A stretch of DNA of 64,000 nucleotides, taken from Flavobacteriales bacterium (GTDB lineage Bacteria > Bacteroidota > Bacteroidia > Flavobacteriales_F > PHOS-HE28). Location of the stretch: NCBI GenBank assembly GCA_016712535.1, contig JADJQW010000002.1, forward strand, positions 852,458-916,457, given 5' to 3'. Below the pieces are notes generated by a model. That model was not told the DNA's origin. It was given only the letters and a program-made list of their open reading frames with translations, and did not search any database. Every line of letters starts with the position of its first letter. Position 1 is the stretch's first letter. Positions 60,842 through 64,000 of this stretch are shown here, piece by piece. A program made the translations under genes and the position numbers.

Positions 60842-61171
60842 ATGCGCTTCCTAATGGTGCTTGTGCTCTTGCTTCCCATGAAGGCGGTAGCACAAAAGGG
60901 CAAGCATCATCTGTACTTCATCCAAGGTCATGTCACCGACGGTTTCACCGGCGAGCCGATTCCATTCGCGAGGATCGATGTTGCGGGTAGCAAGGATGGG
61001 CCGGGCATGACCGATTTCGATGGGTTCTACTTGCTGCGGCCGAATGCGCCGCCGGGGAGATATGCGGTGCGCTTCAGTGCCGAAGGCTACGTGCCGCGCA
61101 CGGACACAATTGAGATCCTAGTTGACCGAGCTCTGATCCACAATGTGAAACTGCCATCCTATCCGCGCTGA
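60842..61171 (+). CDS. small secreted carboxypeptidase-regulatory-like (CarboxypepD_reg) domain protein
   Basis: ORF 60644..61171. ATG at 60842 (MRFLMVLVLLLPMKAVAQ). The block GHVTDGFTGEPIPFARIDV…FDGFY matches the CarboxypepD_reg fold. Confidence 0.55.
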   Translation: MRFLMVLVLLLPMKAVAQKGKHHLYFIQGHVTDGFTGEPIPFARIDVAGSKDGPGMTDFDGFYLLRPNAPPGRYAVRFSAEGYVPRTDTIEILVDRALIHNVKLPSYPR

Positions 61172-61245
61172 GCTTTTCAACACCTGTGGACGATCACTGC
61201 TTCCGTTGAGGGCAGGTCCGGGTATCTTCGCGGCCGCCCGTAATC

Positions 61246-63745
<2,500 letters not shown>

Positions 63746-63826
63746 AGCCGGATCCTCGAGGTGGACATCCTCGTGACGCACGAAGGGGTTGCCTTTCCGC
63801 GTTGCATGGTCAAACCCGCCTGCCAT

Positions 63827-64000
63827 GCTTCGCGCCATCACCATGCTCTGTGCAGCGGCATTGCTGCACTCGGACACGCGTTCAGCAGATGTCGGCGCTG
63901 CGCTCCACGCCGGTGAAGCACGCATCACGGCCACCTCCCTGGGAGGCCATAGCGGTCATTGCCTGCGTGTCGAAGCCGAGAACCTCACCGCTCGACCGAT
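63827..64000 (+). CDS. hypothetical protein, 5' portion (continues beyond window)
   Basis: ATG-initiated frame MLRAITMLCAAALLHSDTRSADVGAALHAGEARITATSLGGHSGHCLRVEAENLTARP, open to the window edge. Hydrophobic N-terminus. Confidence 0.3.

Overview
High-GC (roughly 65%) chromosomal segment that looks like Bacteroidota. The clues are T9SS C-terminal sorting domains on several secreted proteins, a TonB receptor paired with a DUF4249 gene, an str operon in which fusA is followed directly by rpsJ with no tuf, and a lack of Shine-Dalgarno sequences. Genes are densely packed on both strands.

Layout from 5' to 3':
- 1-3372: partial DUF4249 lipoprotein gene and a TonB-dependent receptor, both on the minus strand.
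- 3717-3790: tRNA-Pro(GGG).
- 3871-9480: an M1 aminopeptidase; a T9SS-sorted thioredoxin-like protein; then an esterase overlapping a fused 2-oxoacid dehydrogenase E1 alpha/beta gene.
- 9569-13257: an AIM24/TIGR00266 protein, a 56-aa basic ORF, an AraC regulator, and, transcribed divergently from AraC, a polytopic membrane protein followed by a diheme cytochrome c.
- 13254-17282: four minus-strand genes, each overlapping the next by 4 nt. In transcription order they are a T9SS-sorted pentaheme cytochrome c, a MOSC-domain protein, a YhhQ-type queuosine-precursor transporter and a GNAT acetyltransferase.
- 17442-23723: a secreted MORN/YwqK-repeat protein, then rimP-nusA-infB. nusA carries an apparent 1-nt insertion frameshift near 19824.
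- 23928-29641: a heme-uptake locus with a T9SS HmuY-like protein, HemS/ChuX, a TonB-dependent receptor and a second HmuY paralog.
- 29647-42217: adenine deaminase, DUF2167, dnaJ-grpE, TlpA, murA, DUF4290, secreted hypotheticals (one interrupted by an in-frame TAG), UvrD/PcrA, and a Fic protein with a degenerate active-site motif.
- 42526-60750: the contiguous str-S10-spc-alpha ribosomal superoperon from rpsL to rplQ, including rpmJ, which is absent from the ORF track.
- 60842-64000: a CarboxypepD_reg protein, carA, eno, and a partial ORF at the 3' edge.

No CRISPR array, rRNA or recognisable mobile element was seen. Many long ORFs in the track are antisense shadows of real genes, as expected in high-GC DNA.

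Features worth following up:
- A putative T9SS-exported multiheme cytochrome operon.
- Recurring short motifs: a CGAATCA..TGATTCG palindrome and a GGTTGAGGGTTGRAG repeat.
- Structured leaders inside the ribosomal operons.
- Two probable sequence lesions, in nusA and in a secreted hypothetical gene.

Coordinates that I derived myself may be off by 1 nt in places: near 950 my count disagreed by 1 with the ORF track.
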